64,000 nt of DNA from the human T2T-CHM13v2.0 reference genome, Homo sapiens (GCF_009914755.1 NC_060929.1), one strand, 5' to 3'; shown: positions 1 to 14,419, counted from the first letter of the stretch. The notes: a model not told the origin generated them from the sequence alone. Made by a program: numbers and translations.

Positions 1-1370
1 CAGAGAATGAAGCTATACATATCTTCCTGGTATGCTTGGATCCACCAGAAGTGGTCCCTATTAAGGGTAGCCTAAAAACAGCAATAAGAAAAATTTCCAA
101 CAGTGGATAGCACTGTTGGAAAACACATTTGATTTTTCAAATTCTGATGGAAAAAGAGACGGCCAGAGATTACCATAAGTTATAATTATTGGATTGGCCA
201 GCTCATCACAGGCTCAGTAAAGGCCCCAAAAGAGCATCCACAAAAAAGGTGTTCTCAATAAACATGGTAATAAGTGAAATCTTCCTGTGGATGAAAATCA
301 GCCACCTTCTTAAATTAACGTGGGCTTGTTCAAAGGGCCCATGAACACAGATGTTAAGGACATCAGATATGAGATACTAGTGGGCTCAACAAATTTTATT
401 TTACATTATCAAGACCAACTGGGTCACTGAACCTGCTGAGGGATCAAAATTTCAAGAGCAAAGGTCAATGTCAATATATGTTTAAATAAATAAATATTTC
501 AGAGTCCAGGAGAAATATGGACATAATTATTGATATATTAAGAATGAGAGCCAAACTACTAACAATAACAAAGACATGGAATCAACCTAGGTACCATTCA
601 ATGGTGGATTGGATAAAGAAAATGTGGTACATATACACCATGGAGTACTACACAGCCATAAAAAAATGAAACAATATCCTTTGCAGCAACATGGATGCAG
701 CTGAAGGCCACTATCCTAAGTGCATAAACCCAGGAACATAAAACCAATTACTGCATGTTCTCATTTATAAGTGGGAACTAAACATTGAGTACATGTGGAC
801 ACAAGGAAAGGAACAATAGACACTGAGGACTACATGAGGATGGAGGCCAGGAGGAGGGCTAGGGATGAAAAACTAACTGTTGGGTACTATGCTCACTACC
901 TGGGTGACAGGATCAATCATATTCCAAAAGTCAATATCACCCAATCTACCCATTTAATAAAGCTGTACATGTACTCTGAATCTAAAATAAAATTTGAAAT
1001 TACAAAGAAAAACAAAGGGAGAAAAGAATGAGGGCTAAATTGTCTCTTCCTATTTTTAGCTCATCATACCAATGAAATAATAAAGAAGAATGTCATTATG
1101 GTAGCCAAGGTAATTGATTTCAATTACCAAAGGCAGTTTTGATTGCTGCTACTGAATGAATGCAATTCAAGAGACATACTGGAGTGCCTCTTAGATTTAC
1201 CATATTCCATAAAAATAGACAATGGGAAATGAGAAAAAGATGGGAATGCTATTAACTTAGATCAGTTAGTTTGGTTTATCCAATTAGGCTTGAAAAAGAA
1301 AGAAAAAAAGAAAACAGCTGAGGTACTAGAAAATGTTTGAAGGAAAATAGATTGGGTGTTATTCAATTCG
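1..1370 (+). mobile_element. Highly diverged ERVL/MaLR internal-sequence remnant, interrupted by an L1 3' fragment
   Basis: Degenerate similarity to recalled ERVL-int/MLT-int motifs (e.g. gggctcaacaa...ctgctgag near 380-440; gtaattgatttcaattaccaaagg...cagctgaggtact near 1110-1330). Confidence 0.5.
556..1023 (+). mobile_element. 5'-truncated L1 3' end (old L1PA/L1PB type)
   Basis: L1 ORF2 end and 3'UTR motifs (aagaaaatgtggtacatatacaccatgg; tgggtactatgctcactacctgggtgac), A-rich tail, TSD aagaatgagagccaaa (540-555) / aagaatgagggctaaa (1024-1039). Confidence 0.9.
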
Positions 1371-2229
1371 GCCTTCTTAACATCTACATATGGAGAGATT
1401 GTGGCAGCTCTTGTATAATAATTAAATATATGTCATCCTCTCATTTTTCAAATACCTTATGTAAAGAGTGCTAGGAGTACATTTAGTAATTACCATAAGG
1501 ATTTGTGTATCTTTGGTACTTAAAGTGTTTGTGAGATGTTCAAGCTTACAAAATTACGGTTGGTGATTTAAATTAGAATTGGGTAATTTATTTTACTATT
1601 GTGATTTTACTCTGAGCTATATGGGAAAAATGTCTTATTTGTAAAAACTGTAAATTGCTCAAATGAATTGGACTTATAGTAATAATTTTAATATACTTGA
1701 TTCACAAGGGCTGTTAAGTCATTTGGAATATTTTGCTGCTTAAACTTTAAATGTTGTCCACTTTGGCTTTGAAAAGCTTTAAATGACTGTCAAATAGATT
1801 ACATTCAAAAGTACTTTTTAAAATGATTAATGAAATTGCATTAACTAAGTCCTAAATGTTTTTGAGAACTTAGTCTGTTCAACTAAAGTTGATAGAACAT
1901 TAATCAGATTTCCCTAGGAAATGTTCTAGAATTATAAATAGAATATTTTAATTTGTATGTCAAATGAAAATGTTTAAAAATATTTATTGCAATAAATTAA
2001 CATTGACTTTAAATCTAGGACACTACTGGTGGACTTTTTTGTGTGGAAAATCCCTGGATATTAAGATATAAACATTAATTCTTCAGATACCCATTGTATT
2101 TTTTTATATGCAGAAAAAAATTAGAAACTCATGACTATATCCTAAAAGACATCGTGATACAAAGTTGACTACAGTTCAACCTTTATGCCACCCAGCCTTC
2201 TTGTTCTCTTGACATGTAACCCAGTGTCT

Positions 2230-2540
2230 TTGACCTTTCTTCAAATGACTTAATCTATCCTTTTATTTAGGTCTCAGCCTAAAAGTCATCTTCTAAGAGA
2301 GGCTTTCCCTGAACCCTTGACTGAAATAGTCTCTGTATCATGATGGTTTCCACCTCCATAAGAACACCAAAACCTGGATAATCTTCTCTGTTTGTTTTTT
2401 CATTTAGTGTATGTTTCTATCGGAAGATAAATTTTTGTGACAGTTAGGTCCTTGTCTACCTGTTTCAGAGCTATATTTCTAAAAGTTAGCCGTGTGATCT
2501 TGGATTATGGTATATGCATAGTTAACACTTGTTAAATGAG
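2230..2540 (+). mobile_element. L2 3' remnant
   Basis: ggtctcagcctaaaagtcatcttctaagagaggctttccctga ... acttgttaaatga resembles the L2 3' end. Confidence 0.55.
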
Positions 2541-3293
2541 GTTAATTTTCCCCTTCCTTTCCCCCTTTATTGGTATCAAGCTTCTGACTCTAAAGTCTGC
2601 AATGTCAGCCAGAAAGATATGCTGTGTCAGGTTCTAAGATATAAATATTAGTTGAGGTTATTAAGTAATACAATTTTATAAACCAAGTAGCTCAACTTTA
2701 GTTCAAAAAAGTTTTTTAAAGAACCATTCAGGAAATTAGAATATAGATATAAACAAGCTTAACAGTCTCCCAGGCATCATGAAGTTTAAAATCTCTATAT
2801 TGAACTAATTTCAAACTATTAAGCATCTATCTGTATATACTTTTGTGGGTCTACCAATGCAGTTAATACAAGAATCGTATTATTTAATCTATAAAACGTA
2901 GGTAATGAAATAAAACTTTGCTCTGGCACTCATTGTACAATGCATAATGAACTAAGGAGATAGAATTTTTATTCTTCAAAAATGCCATTTAGTTTTTACA
3001 TGTGCATTGTAACAAAGAAGCTCATGCTCTTTCAATGTTTTTATTCATTTTTTAAATCTTATTTAGTGACAGGCCATGCACAAGTTCCTATCAATAAATG
3101 AAATGTAATTGCTTTAATTATGGTCATTTTTAAACTGTCATTTTTTTATTTGAAGGATAATTATCAACAACTGTTAAATAAAGGATTAAAAAATTATATA
3201 AAAAACCCTGATTCCTGAAAAAGTACAAAATCCGAGCCAAATATAATTGTCTTTGATGGTAAAACACAGGAAAGCATAAAGAAATAACTTTGA

Positions 3294-3357
3294 TAAGGAT
3301 CAAGTGCTTTGTCCCTTGTCACTGTTAAGGATCAAGTGTTATGTCCCTTGTCCACTG
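3294..3357. repeat. 32-bp tandem duplication (2 copies)
   Basis: taaggatcaagtgctttgtcccttgtcactg followed by taaggatcaagtgttatgtcccttgtccactg. Confidence 0.85.
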
Positions 3358-3862
3358 AAATCCTTACATTGGGAGTTTCTACAAGTGCTTTTCCATATAA
3401 ACATTGTGAAGTACTTTTACCTCATTCCATAGCATCAACCACTTACATCTCAAATGTTAACATGATGGTTGTGTTTGGTATTGTAAAGACTAAACTATGA
3501 ATAATAAATAACACTTACAAATAATACATCATTACATAGGAGAATGTTGGAAGTAATGAAGTCAAAGCACTACTCCTTCTTCCCTTATGAATTTTAGCTA
3601 CTTTGTAAAAGAACATAGGCAGCAAAGTCGGATTTAGTCATAAGATAGAGTCATCCCTCCATTACTCCACAGGTTCCTGGTAAAGTCTGTTGGAGTATAA
3701 ATTTTAATCCTGAAGAGAAATTGAGGTTACCAATGAGCTAATCCTTCCTACTCTTCTTACCCAATTTATACGTTAGGGTCTGTCCGGGTGAACCCATAGA
3801 ATTCCTATAGTTTGTGGTTTATATATTTGTAGACTGTTCACATCTTTTGGATTACAAGAGAG

Positions 3863-3951
3863 GTGTGTGTGTGTATGTGCGTGTATGTGTGTGTGTGTGT
3901 GTGTGTGACAGAGAGAGAGAGACAAAGAAAGAAAGAGAGAGAGAGAGAGAG
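3863..3951. repeat. Compound (TG)n/(GA)n microsatellite
   Basis: Read directly from the sequence. Confidence 0.95.
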
Positions 3952-4104
3952 GTGTGTGTCTGATTATATGAGATACGAAGAAATAAAGAAGCAAAGACCA
4001 AGTCAGAAAGGTCCTTACCATTTTCCTCTTTCAGTCCCTAAAGAAGGTGGCCTAGTAGCTTTCAAGTGTCCAACTTTTCCAGCAGATATAAAGCATAGGT
4101 TTGG

Positions 4105-7100
4105 TCTTGCTCCAAAATAGCCAACTAGACACCGCCAGAAAGAAAACCTCCCACAGAGAGACAAGGACATCAAGAAGACTGGCACACTCCTAGCAGATCT
4201 TCAGAGGGAAGGCCTTGAGAGCAGACAGAGGAAAAACACAGATGCTGGGCTGAAGTGGGAGGAAGCTGGGAATCTCGCACAGGGATATTATGCTACCATG
4301 TTCCTGACCCCCAGTGACTCCTGTGGAGGGTGTGAGTTGAACAGGCAAGGCAGAACCTGCTCTCCTCATGGGCCTCTGGAATCCCAGCAGGAGGAAACCC
4401 CTCGACCACCATGGACACTTGAGTTTGCAGGGAAAGTTACTTATAGAAGTGGTAGGGGAAGACCATCTGCTGCTGCAGAGCACAGGGGGTTTGGTGCAGG
4501 AGTACCTGTAGTGGAGCAGAGCCAGGGATGCACAACCCCCTAAGCTTGACTTGCTCCCATGGACAATTTTAGCCCTAGGAGAACTGTTGGACCTGAACCC
4601 TTCAGGGTGGTCTTGCCCATGAGACTGGGCAAGTACAGCCTGAGCACCTCATGGTCTAATGGGCTCTCCTGGGTTCCCAATAAGGTTGGGCCTCCTTGAA
4701 GTGTAGTCCCCAATACTTCCTGGAGGCCCATATATAGCTCCTGCATTGGTGGACTGCACATGACTGGCAGAGTGCTCCAGCAGAGATGTCCCTGTGGACC
4801 CACACAAGCCTGCCTGTGCCCTGCCCCCACTGCAGCCTTCCCCCGGCACTCTGTCTGCAAACACTTGCCCAACAGCACCCCCTACATTGCTTTGCTGGAG
4901 CATGTGTGCATGGGTGCTTGCCTTCCCCACCGGTGCCAATGTGCTGATGTACCATGCTGTGCCACTACGGCTGGCGTGAGTGCATCCCACTACCTCTTCC
5001 CCCACCACAGTACCACTGTAGTCAGAGCATTGGCAGGAACAGAGCCCACCAGCTCCACCCCCATCAGTACCCTGCTCCTGCATCAACACTGCCAAAAGCA
5101 TGAAATTAAGCACAGAAAACAGTGGACCTGACCCCAGCCCTGAGTTGCCACTACTGCCTTCATAAAGGCACACAAAGGATAAACACTGTCTTGAGCCCAC
5201 AAGTGCCCACCCCCATGCTAACATCCCCAATGGTGTGAACACATGCACTGTAGCTGGCAGGGGCCCCTTCATTCTACTGAGCTCTATTTCCACCACTGCT
5301 GCTATGAAGGCCCACATATGGGCTGGCACTCTGGCACCTGCCAGCACCCTGCCTCAGCCATTGAGTGTGCACTCTGCCACACTGCCACTGCCACTGCTGC
5401 TGGCATATGTGAATAAGGATGGATCCAACTGCCACTGCCCTACAAAGTGTTTTGGCTGGCACCACCCCTCACAGTGTTGTTACCAAGGGTCTGGGGGCAC
5501 CTCAGCCCCCTCCAGTACAGCAGGTTCCTAACGTTGAGGAGCCAGTGAATAAAGCCAGGGCCTGATGCCAGTCCCCCAGAGTAAGAGCACATAGTCTAGA
5601 GGTCCTGAGATGAACCTTGGATGCCTAAAATTTCCCAGTAATGAAGCCAGTCAACTGGCCACAATCAAACCCCCAAGGTCATCAAATAGGATAAAAGAAA
5701 AAAAAAAAGACCAATCCAAGGGACAGCAACTTCAAAAGAATGAAGGAACATCAGCCCACAAAGATCAGAAAGAACCAGCACAAGAACCCTAATAACTCAA
5801 AAAGCCAGTGTCTCCTTTCTCCCAAAAGACTGCACCAGTTCTCTAACAAGGGTTCTTAACCAGGGTAGGATGGCTGCAATGACATAAATAGAATTCAGAA
5901 CACGAAGGGGAAAGAACATCATCAATTTCAGAAGAACATTAAAACCAAATCTAAGGAAGCTAAGAATCACAATAAAACAATAAATGAGTGGACAGACAAG
6001 ATAACTATTATAGAATAAAACATAACCAACCTGAGAGAGCTGAAAAACACTTTAGAAGAATTTCATAATGCAATCAGAAGTATTAACAACATACTAGAAC
6101 AAGATGAGCAAAGAATCTCAGAACTTGAAGACTGGCTTTATGAAATAAGACAGACAAGAATAAAGAGAAAAGGATGAAAAGGAACAAACAGAACATCTGA
6201 GAAATATGAGATTATGTAAAAAGACTGAATCTATGAGTCATTGGTGTCCCTGAAAGAGATGGGAAGAATGAAAGGAACCTGGAAAACATATTTGAGGATA
6301 TTATCCATAAGAACTTTTCCAATCTAGCCAGAGAAGACAACACTCAAATTCAGGAAATGCAGAGAACCCCTGAAAAACACTTCACAAGAAGATCATCCCT
6401 AAGACACATAATTATCAGATTCTCCAAGGTTAAAATGAATGAAAAAATTTTAAAGGTAATTAGAGAGAAAGGACAGGTTACATACAAAAGGAAGCCCATT
6501 AGACTAACTGCACCCCTCTCAGCAGAAACCCTACAAGCCAGAAGAGATTAGGGGTCTATATTCAGCCTACTTAAAGAAAAGAAATTCCAACTAGGAATTT
6601 CATATCCAGCCTAATTAAGCTACATAAGTGAAAGAGAAATAAAATTCTATTCAGACAAGCAAATGCTAAGGGAATTTATTACCATAAGATTTGCCTTACA
6701 AGAGGTACTTAAGGGAATGCTAAACATGGAAATAAAAGACCATTATCTGTCACCACAAAAACACACTTAAGTAGATAGTACTCTAACATTATAAAGCAAC
6801 TGTACAATCATGTCCACAAAACAACCAGCTAACAATACAATGACAAGATCAAATTATCACATATAAATATTAATCTTGAATGTAAACAGGCTAAATGCCC
6901 CACTTAATGGGCACTGAGGCAAACTGGATAAAGAAGCAAGACCCAATTGTATGCTGTCTTCAAGAGCCATCTCATATGCAATGACACCTATAGGCTCAAA
7001 ATAAAGGGATGGAGAAAAATGCACCAAGCAACAGAAAACAGAAAAAAGTAGAGGTACTAACTTCAGGTAAAAAGAATTTAAACCACCAAGATAAAAAAAG

Positions 7101-10100
7101 GCAAAGAAAAGCATTACATAATGGTAATGGTTCAATTTAACAAGAAGACCTAACTGTCGGTATTTAGGATAGTTATCCTAAATACATATGCAGCCAACAG
7201 AGGAGGATCCGGCTTCATAAAGGAAATTCTTAGAGACCTTCAGCAAGACTGAGACTCCCACACAATAATAGTGGGAGACTTCAACACCCCACTGACAGTA
7301 TTAGGCAAATCATGGAAGCAGAAAATTAACAAAGGTATTCAGGAGCTGAACTCAACACTGGACCGAATGAATCTGATAGACATCTACAGAACTCTCTACC
7401 CGGAACAACAGCGTATACATTCCTCTCATCTGCACATAGCACGTACTCTAAAATTGGCCACACAATCAGACATACAACAATCTTCAGCAAATGAAAAGTA
7501 TTAGAAATCATACCAACCGCTCTCTCAGACCACAGTGCAATCAACATAGAATTCAAGATGAAGAAATCACTCAAAACAATACAATTATGTGGAAATTAAA
7601 CAACCTGGTCCTGAATGACTGTTGGGTAAATAATGAAATAAAGGCAAAAACCAAGAAGTCTTTTGAAACTAATGAGAACAAAGATACAACAAACCAGAAT
7701 CTCTGAGACACAGTCAAGACAGTGTTAAGAGGGAACTTTACAGTACTAAATGCTCACATCAAAAGAAAAAGACAGATCTCAAATAACAACCTAACATCAT
7801 AAGTAAAAGAACTAGAGAAGAAAGAGAAAACCAACCCCAAATCTAGCAGAAGAAAAGAAAAACAAAATCAGAGCTAATTGAAGGAGACTCAGACATGAAA
7901 AACAGCTCAAAAGATCAACAAAACCAGGAGCTGTTTTTTTTTTGAAGTAACAAGATAGACCACTAGCTAGACTCTAACAAAAAAAGAGAGAAGATCCAAA
8001 TAAACACAATCAGATATGACAACGGGGTTATTACCATTGACCCCACAAAAATGCAAATAACCATTAGAAATTATTATGAACACTTCTATGCACAAACTAG
8101 AAAATCTAGAAGAAATGGATTAATTTCTGGACACATACACCCTCCCAAGAGTGAACCAGGACTAAATGGAATCCCTCAAGAGATCACTAACGGTCTTGAA
8201 AATTGAATCAAAAATAGATAGCCTAGTGATGAAGAAAAAAAAAGCCCAGGACCAGATGAACGATTCCCAGTCAAATTCCACCATATGTACCAAGAAGAGC
8301 TGGCATCATTTCTACTGAAATCATTTCAAAAAATTGAGATGGGTGAACGCCTTCCTAACCCATTTTATAAGGCCAGCATCATCCTGATACCAAAACCTGC
8401 CAGAGACACAAGAAAATAAAACTTCAGGCCAATATCTTTGAGGAACATCTAAGCAAAAATCCTCAACAAAATAATAATAAACCAAAACCAGCGGCACATC
8501 AAAAAGCTAATCCATCACCATCAAGTAGGCTTTATTCCTAGATGCAAGATTTGTTCAACATATGCAAATAAATAATTGTGATTCATCACATAAACAGAAC
8601 TAAAGACAAAAACCACATGATTATCTCAATAGATGCAGAAAGGCTTCTGATAAAATTCAACATCCCTTCATATTAAAAACTCTTAACAATCTAGGTATTA
8701 AAAGAACATGCAACAAAATAATAAGATCCATCTGTGACAAATCCACAGCCGACATCATACTGAATGGGCAAAAGCTGGAAGCATTCCCATTATAAACCAG
8801 CATAAGGCAAGGATGCCCTCTCACACCACTCCTATTCAACATAGTATTGGAAATCCTGGACAGAGCAATCAGACAAGAGAAATAAGTGAAGGCATCCAAA
8901 TAAGAAGAGAGGAAGTCAAACTATCCGTGTTAGTAGACAGCATGATTCTTTACCTAGAAAACCCCATAGTCTTGGCTCACAAGCTCCTAAAACTGATAAA
9001 TTCAGCAAGGTTTCAGGATACAAAATCAATGTACAGAAATCACTAGCATTCCCATACCTCAGCAATAGCCAAGTCAAAAGCTAAATCAGAAATGCAAACC
9101 CATTCACAATTGTCATGAAAAGAATAAAATACATAGGAATACCAGGGAGGTGAAAGACCTCTACAAGAAGAACTACAAAACTCTGCTCAAAGAAATCAGA
9201 GATGACACAAACAAATGGAAAAAATATTCCATGATGATAGGAAAAGAAGAATCATGTTGTTAAAATGGCCACACTGCCCAAAGCAATTTAGAGATTCAAT
9301 GCTATTCCTATCAAACTGCCAATGACATTCTTCACAGAACTAAAAAAAAAAAAATCTATTTTACAATTCATATGGTACCAAAAAAGAGCCCAAATAGCCT
9401 AGGCAATCCTAAGCAAAAAGGACAAAGCTGGAGGCACCATGCTACCCTAATTCAAACTATACTACAGGGCCACTGTAATCAAAACAGTATGGTACTGGTA
9501 TAAAAACAGACACAAAGACAAATAGAACAGAATAGAGAGCCCAGAAATGAATTTGCATGCCTACAACAAAGAGATCTTTGACAAAGTTGACAAAGATATG
9601 CAATGGGGAAAGGACTCCCTATTCAATAAATAGTGCTAGGATAACTGGCTAGCCATATGCAGAAGATTTAAACGGGACCCCATCCTTACACCACATTCAA
9701 AAATCAACACAAGATGGATTAAAGGCTTAAATGCAAAACCTAAAACTATGAAAACCCTATAAAAATTTGCCAAAAAAAGAAAATAGGCAATACTATTCTG
9801 GACATAGAACCTGCCAAGGATTTCATGACAAAGATGCCATAAGCAATTGCAATGAAAGCAAAAATTAACAAATGGGATCGAATTAAACTAAAGACCATCT
9901 TCACCGCAAAGAAACTATCAACAGACTAAGCAGACAGCCTACAGAATGAGAGAAAATATTTGAAAACTATGCATCTGACAAAGGTCTAATATACAGCATG
10001 TATAGGGAACTTACACAAATCTACAAGAAAACAAACAAGCAACCTCATTAAAAAGTGGGCAAATGATATGAACTGACGCTTCTCAAAAGAAGACATACAC

Positions 10101-10805
10101 ATGGCCAACAACCATATGTAAAAAGGCTCAATATCATTGATCATTAGAAAATCAAAACCACAATGAGATATCATCTCACACCAGTCACAATGACTATTCT
10201 TAAGAAGTCAAAAAATAAGAGATGCTAGTGAGGTTGAGGAGAAAAGGGAACACTTATACGCTGTTGGTGGGAGTGTGAATTTGTTCAACCATTGTGGAAA
10301 GCAGTGTGGTGGTCCCTCAAAGAACTAAAAACAGAACCTCCATTCGACCCAGCAGGCCCATTACTGGGTATATGCCTAAAGGAATATAAATTGCTCTACC
10401 ATAAAGACAGATACATCTATATGTTAATTGCAGCACTATTCACAATAGCAAAGACATGGAATCAACCCAAATGCCCCTCAGTAGTAGACTGGATAAAGAA
10501 AATGTGGTGCATATACACCACGGAATACTATGGAGCCATGAAAAACAAGATCATGTTCTTTGCAGGATCAGGATGGAGGTGGAGGCCATTATACTTAGCA
10601 AACTAATGCAGGAACAGAAAACCAAATACTGCATGTTCTCACTTATCAGTGTAAGCTAAATTACGCGAACACATGGATACAAAGAGGGGAACAACAGACA
10701 CTGAGTCCCACCAGAGGCTGAAGGATGGGAAAAGGAAGAGGAGCAGAAAAAAACAACTATTGAGTACTATACTTAATACCTGGGAGAAAAATTAATCTGC
10801 ACATA
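4105..10805 (+). mobile_element. Near full-length, inactive old primate L1 (L1PA13-16/L1PREC2-like)
   Basis: Long GC-rich 5'UTR (~4105-5740). ORF1 remnant (RHIIIRFSKV...PIRLTAPLSAETLQARRD). ORF2 from ATG ~6840 with endonuclease motif GDFNTPL, RT region and 3'UTR. Many stops and frameshifts; no poly(A). Confidence 0.95.
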
Positions 10806-11170
10806 AAAAGCTCAGGACCAGAAGGCTTCTACTGATGTGTTTTACCAAACATTTAAAGAAGAATTAATGCCCATCCTTCATAAACTCATCCAAAAATAGA
10901 AATGTTAGTACACTTCTCAACTCATTCTATGAGGCCCTTATACCAAAATTAGACAAAGATATCACAAAAAAACAAAACTACAAGCCAGTATGACTTATGA
11001 AGATAGATTAAAAAATCCTCAGCAGAGTACTAGCAATCCATTTCCAGTAACTATCCCTGAATTTGGACCTCTACTTCACATGCACACAAAATTTAACTCA
11101 AAATGAATAAAGACCTAGAATTTAATGCTAAATCTATAAAATTCTTAAATAAAAACTAAGTGCAAAAAAA
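10806..11170 (+). mobile_element. Older L1M ORF2 fragments
   Basis: aaagctcaggaccagaaggcttc...accaaacatttaaagaagaattaatg...ctcattctatgaggcc. Confidence 0.75.
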
Positions 11171-12583
11171 AGCACAGGTGTGCACAAAGTAACCAGATGA
11201 ATTACTCCAAGAGATGTCCATAGTATGATTAGAGTCAATTCCATTTATTAGGAATAGAGGAAACACCTTCCATGACTATGATTATGGATATCTGCCTTTT
11301 TTTTCTCTGAGGCTAGTTGAAACTGTAAAGTATTTTAAAGTAATATACCTTTTTTATCTTTCAGTACTAAACATAGTGGGACTAAAAATGTCAAAATGCC
11401 TTTTTCTTGTTAATGAATATAGGAAGAACAAGAGTGAATGTGTAACTCCTATATTTCTATGTTAAAATATAGTTGATTAATAATTTTCTTGAGAAGAGGA
11501 TTCATTATAAAATCACTGGATTACTGTCAAAGTCTTTTCTTCAAGTATTTTGTATAGTTGTTTTTATTTCTGTTGTTCTACACTTCCCTCCTTACAAGAA
11601 CATAGATTTACAACATTAGATTTAAAAAATTTTAAATACAATGGGATATTGAAGCATTATTTGTGTCAAATGCACATCATCTGCTACAAGTCAGTAACAT
11701 CTCTGTTTATCATGAAAGATTTTGTGGCTTTTAGAAATGTCAGATGTCATCAAAATATATTGCCAGGTAAAAGCTTGAGTGGAGTGGAGAAAACTTTTTG
11801 TTGTTTAGGGTTGAAACATTTTTGAGTCTTGCGTATACATTAGGCTATTGTTTTGTCGGTAAGAAAGACTATCAATTAGTAATATTACGTGACTTTCCAT
11901 ATAGGCATGAATTGGCCTCTGCTATACTTCTTAAAATATCTTAACCTAGGGAGAGAGAAAAATGTGACTAATTTCAAAACCATCCTACTGTTAACTTTTC
12001 AAGATTTGGAGGCTAGGAAGGTACCCCAAATTCTTTAAGCACTTGACAGAACTTTAATCTTTATCTATAATATTTTTCACTTTAAAGGAGACAAAGAAAA
12101 TAAGATACAATTATCACAATTTGGAAAGAAGAGGTTTACTCATGGCTTTTCTTAATTTTTGAGTATCTTTAGTTACACAGATGAAGTAAATATTTCTATT
12201 TAAGACTCAACCCGGCACCACTGGATATTTTACTGAAATAACGACAATGTAAAACTAAATGGCACTTTAGTCAAACTGCTACACTCTCAAAGGTTAAGTC
12301 AGAAAATGATGTAAATTTTTCAATACTCCTGGAGGAGCTGCTGCAAGCTGGAGTCAATAGTGATAAATCTCTGTAAATTTCTGGGCAGGTTGAAGATTTC
12401 AGATATTGGAAATTACCACAGGATGAGTTCTTAAGGTCATTTTTTAATTTAACGTTATGTGTTTTTAGTGCTTCATTTTATTCTGTCTGTTTGTACATGA
12501 ACTATTTTTTTCTTTGCTTACTTTGTGTGTGCAAGTTTTACTTCTGATAAAAAAGCCATAGTGTCAATTTTCAGTTATTATAC

Positions 12584-13137
12584 TGTTTACCTTTACCGCC
12601 AATGGAAATATACAAAGACCACCCAGATGAGAAAAACAAGGTCATTTATTCTTTACTTCCTATAGCAAGGGAGTTGGACATTGTCACTCGTGTTTGACAG
12701 AGACTCAGAGGCAGGCAGAGGAGTGGGAAAGTTTTATAGTGGAGAAAGGGAAGGGCTTGGGTGTGCCCTGTTGGTCTGGAGAAGCTGCACATGGGATTAA
12801 TTAGAATCAGAACATCCCATGTGACGGTAAAGGGTGCACGTTTGGCTTTCTCTGGTTGGCCCTATTTGAAAGCAGGGACAAAAATTAAGGAAGCTGTCAG
12901 TTACTAATCAATTCCTGGCCTTTTCTGACTGATTGTTACAGAAGTTATTATTCAGCATCCTGGATTTTCATGGAGATAGTATTCTGACTCCCTGCAAGTC
13001 TGCCTCAAAGCTGGCTTCATGAGTTCTTTATTGTAGATAAGATCTTGGTTTCTTGGGCAGCTTGCTGAAGGTTGTGGGTCAAAGATCCATTTCTATATAT
13101 GGTCTGGCCATTGTCTACTTCTATATTCAATCTTTCA
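12584..13137 (-). mobile_element. Solo ERV LTR (ancient, subfamily not assigned)
   Basis: TG...CA termini on the minus strand (tgaaagattgaatatag...), minus-strand AATAAA (tttatt near 12645), length ~550 bp. Confidence 0.65.
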
Positions 13138-13224
13138 ACCTTCATGTATTGTTTCCAACCCAAAAGACCTTCTGTTTTCTGATCATGGGTGATTCCTATA
13201 GACTCATCTCTACCACTTCCTTTC

Positions 13225-13625
13225 TTACTCATCTTACCTGAGGTGTGATGGCCTTCCTTACCTTAGGCCTTTACATTTTCTATTTCTTCTTTATGAAATG
13301 CTCCGCAGCAAAACATGCACATGGCTCTTTTGCACTCTGTTATCTGGTCTCTGCTCAAATATGACTACTTCAGTAAGATTTTCCTTTATCAGCCTACACA
13401 AACTACACCAAATCAAAATCATTCTGCCCAATTTACATATTTCCTCCTTGTATAAATAATCATGACTGTGCTCCAGCTGTTCAATTTTGTTTGTTTATTA
13501 TTTCTCCCTTACTAGAATGTAAACTACATGGCCTCATGGATACTGCCTGTTTTGTTCACTGCTATATCTCTTCTTCTTTGGACAGTAAATTAAGCAGAGT
13601 AATTGGTCATGCATTATCAGTTAAA
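13225..13625 (+). mobile_element. L2 remnant
   Basis: ggtctctgctcaaatatgact...actagaatgtaaact...tgttcactgctatatct. Confidence 0.7.
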
Positions 13626-14419
13626 CACAGCTACGTACCTGTGCTCTGTGATTTAATAAATTTAAGCAGTAATTTTTCATCCACCACACGAATTATGAAA
13701 CCTTACTTCATTGTTTTTCTACTCCCCATTTCCTATATCTTCTCACTATTTTAATTTGTTTTATTATCTTTAGTTTATCAAGACATATTCATTTCAGAAT
13801 TATCCTTAATTTAATTGTAAAGTCAGAAAAAAGTAAAATATTGCCAACTAAAAACATTCCTGGATTAAAAAAATGAAAAAAACATTTTTTGCCATCTTGT
13901 TTAGTTCATGTCTCCCAACATCAAACCACACATTGCTTCCAAATTTGTAACCATTACTCTCTTCTATTGTATATGTTTTCAAATGATTCTATATTAATCA
14001 TGGTAAATGAATGCTAATTCCTATAACAAGCAAACTTATTAATGGAAGATATCAGGAACTTGATATATTAAAGGTTTATTAAAATTAAAAGTATGATTAA
14101 AATTAGTTGTTTCTCAAGAAGTCACTGTTTAGAAATAAATTTCTCTGGAAGTCACCTTTCAGAAAACCAGGAATCCAATTTCCTTTATAATAAGCAATGG
14201 AAGATTCAATATCATGGTATCTGCACAAGGAGGAGATTGAAAATGAGCAAGAGCTATGCACTGGTCCATAAGTGGTACCATCAATATGCTCACATTTTTT
14301 TTAAGATTTAATGAAGTACACCAAAACTAACATGATGGGAAGTTGCAAAATACAGTCTGTTTATTCAGGCAAAATAAGTAGAAGACAGGGCCTTCTAAGG
14401 ATAATAGCTGAAGTCAATC

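Noticed and set aside
4649-5347. 232-aa minus-strand ORF, the longest in the track (possible ORF0-like antisense L1 ORF)
   Set aside because: GTG start, lies in a GC-rich old L1 5'UTR where stops are rare, no recognisable domain and no resemblance I can see to primate ORF0
4105-10805. Active full-length L1
   Set aside because: ORF1 and ORF2 are broken by many stops and frameshifts; old subfamily
12265-12445. ~56-codon open frame on the minus strand in unique DNA
   Set aside because: No recognisable protein motif or convincing splice sites
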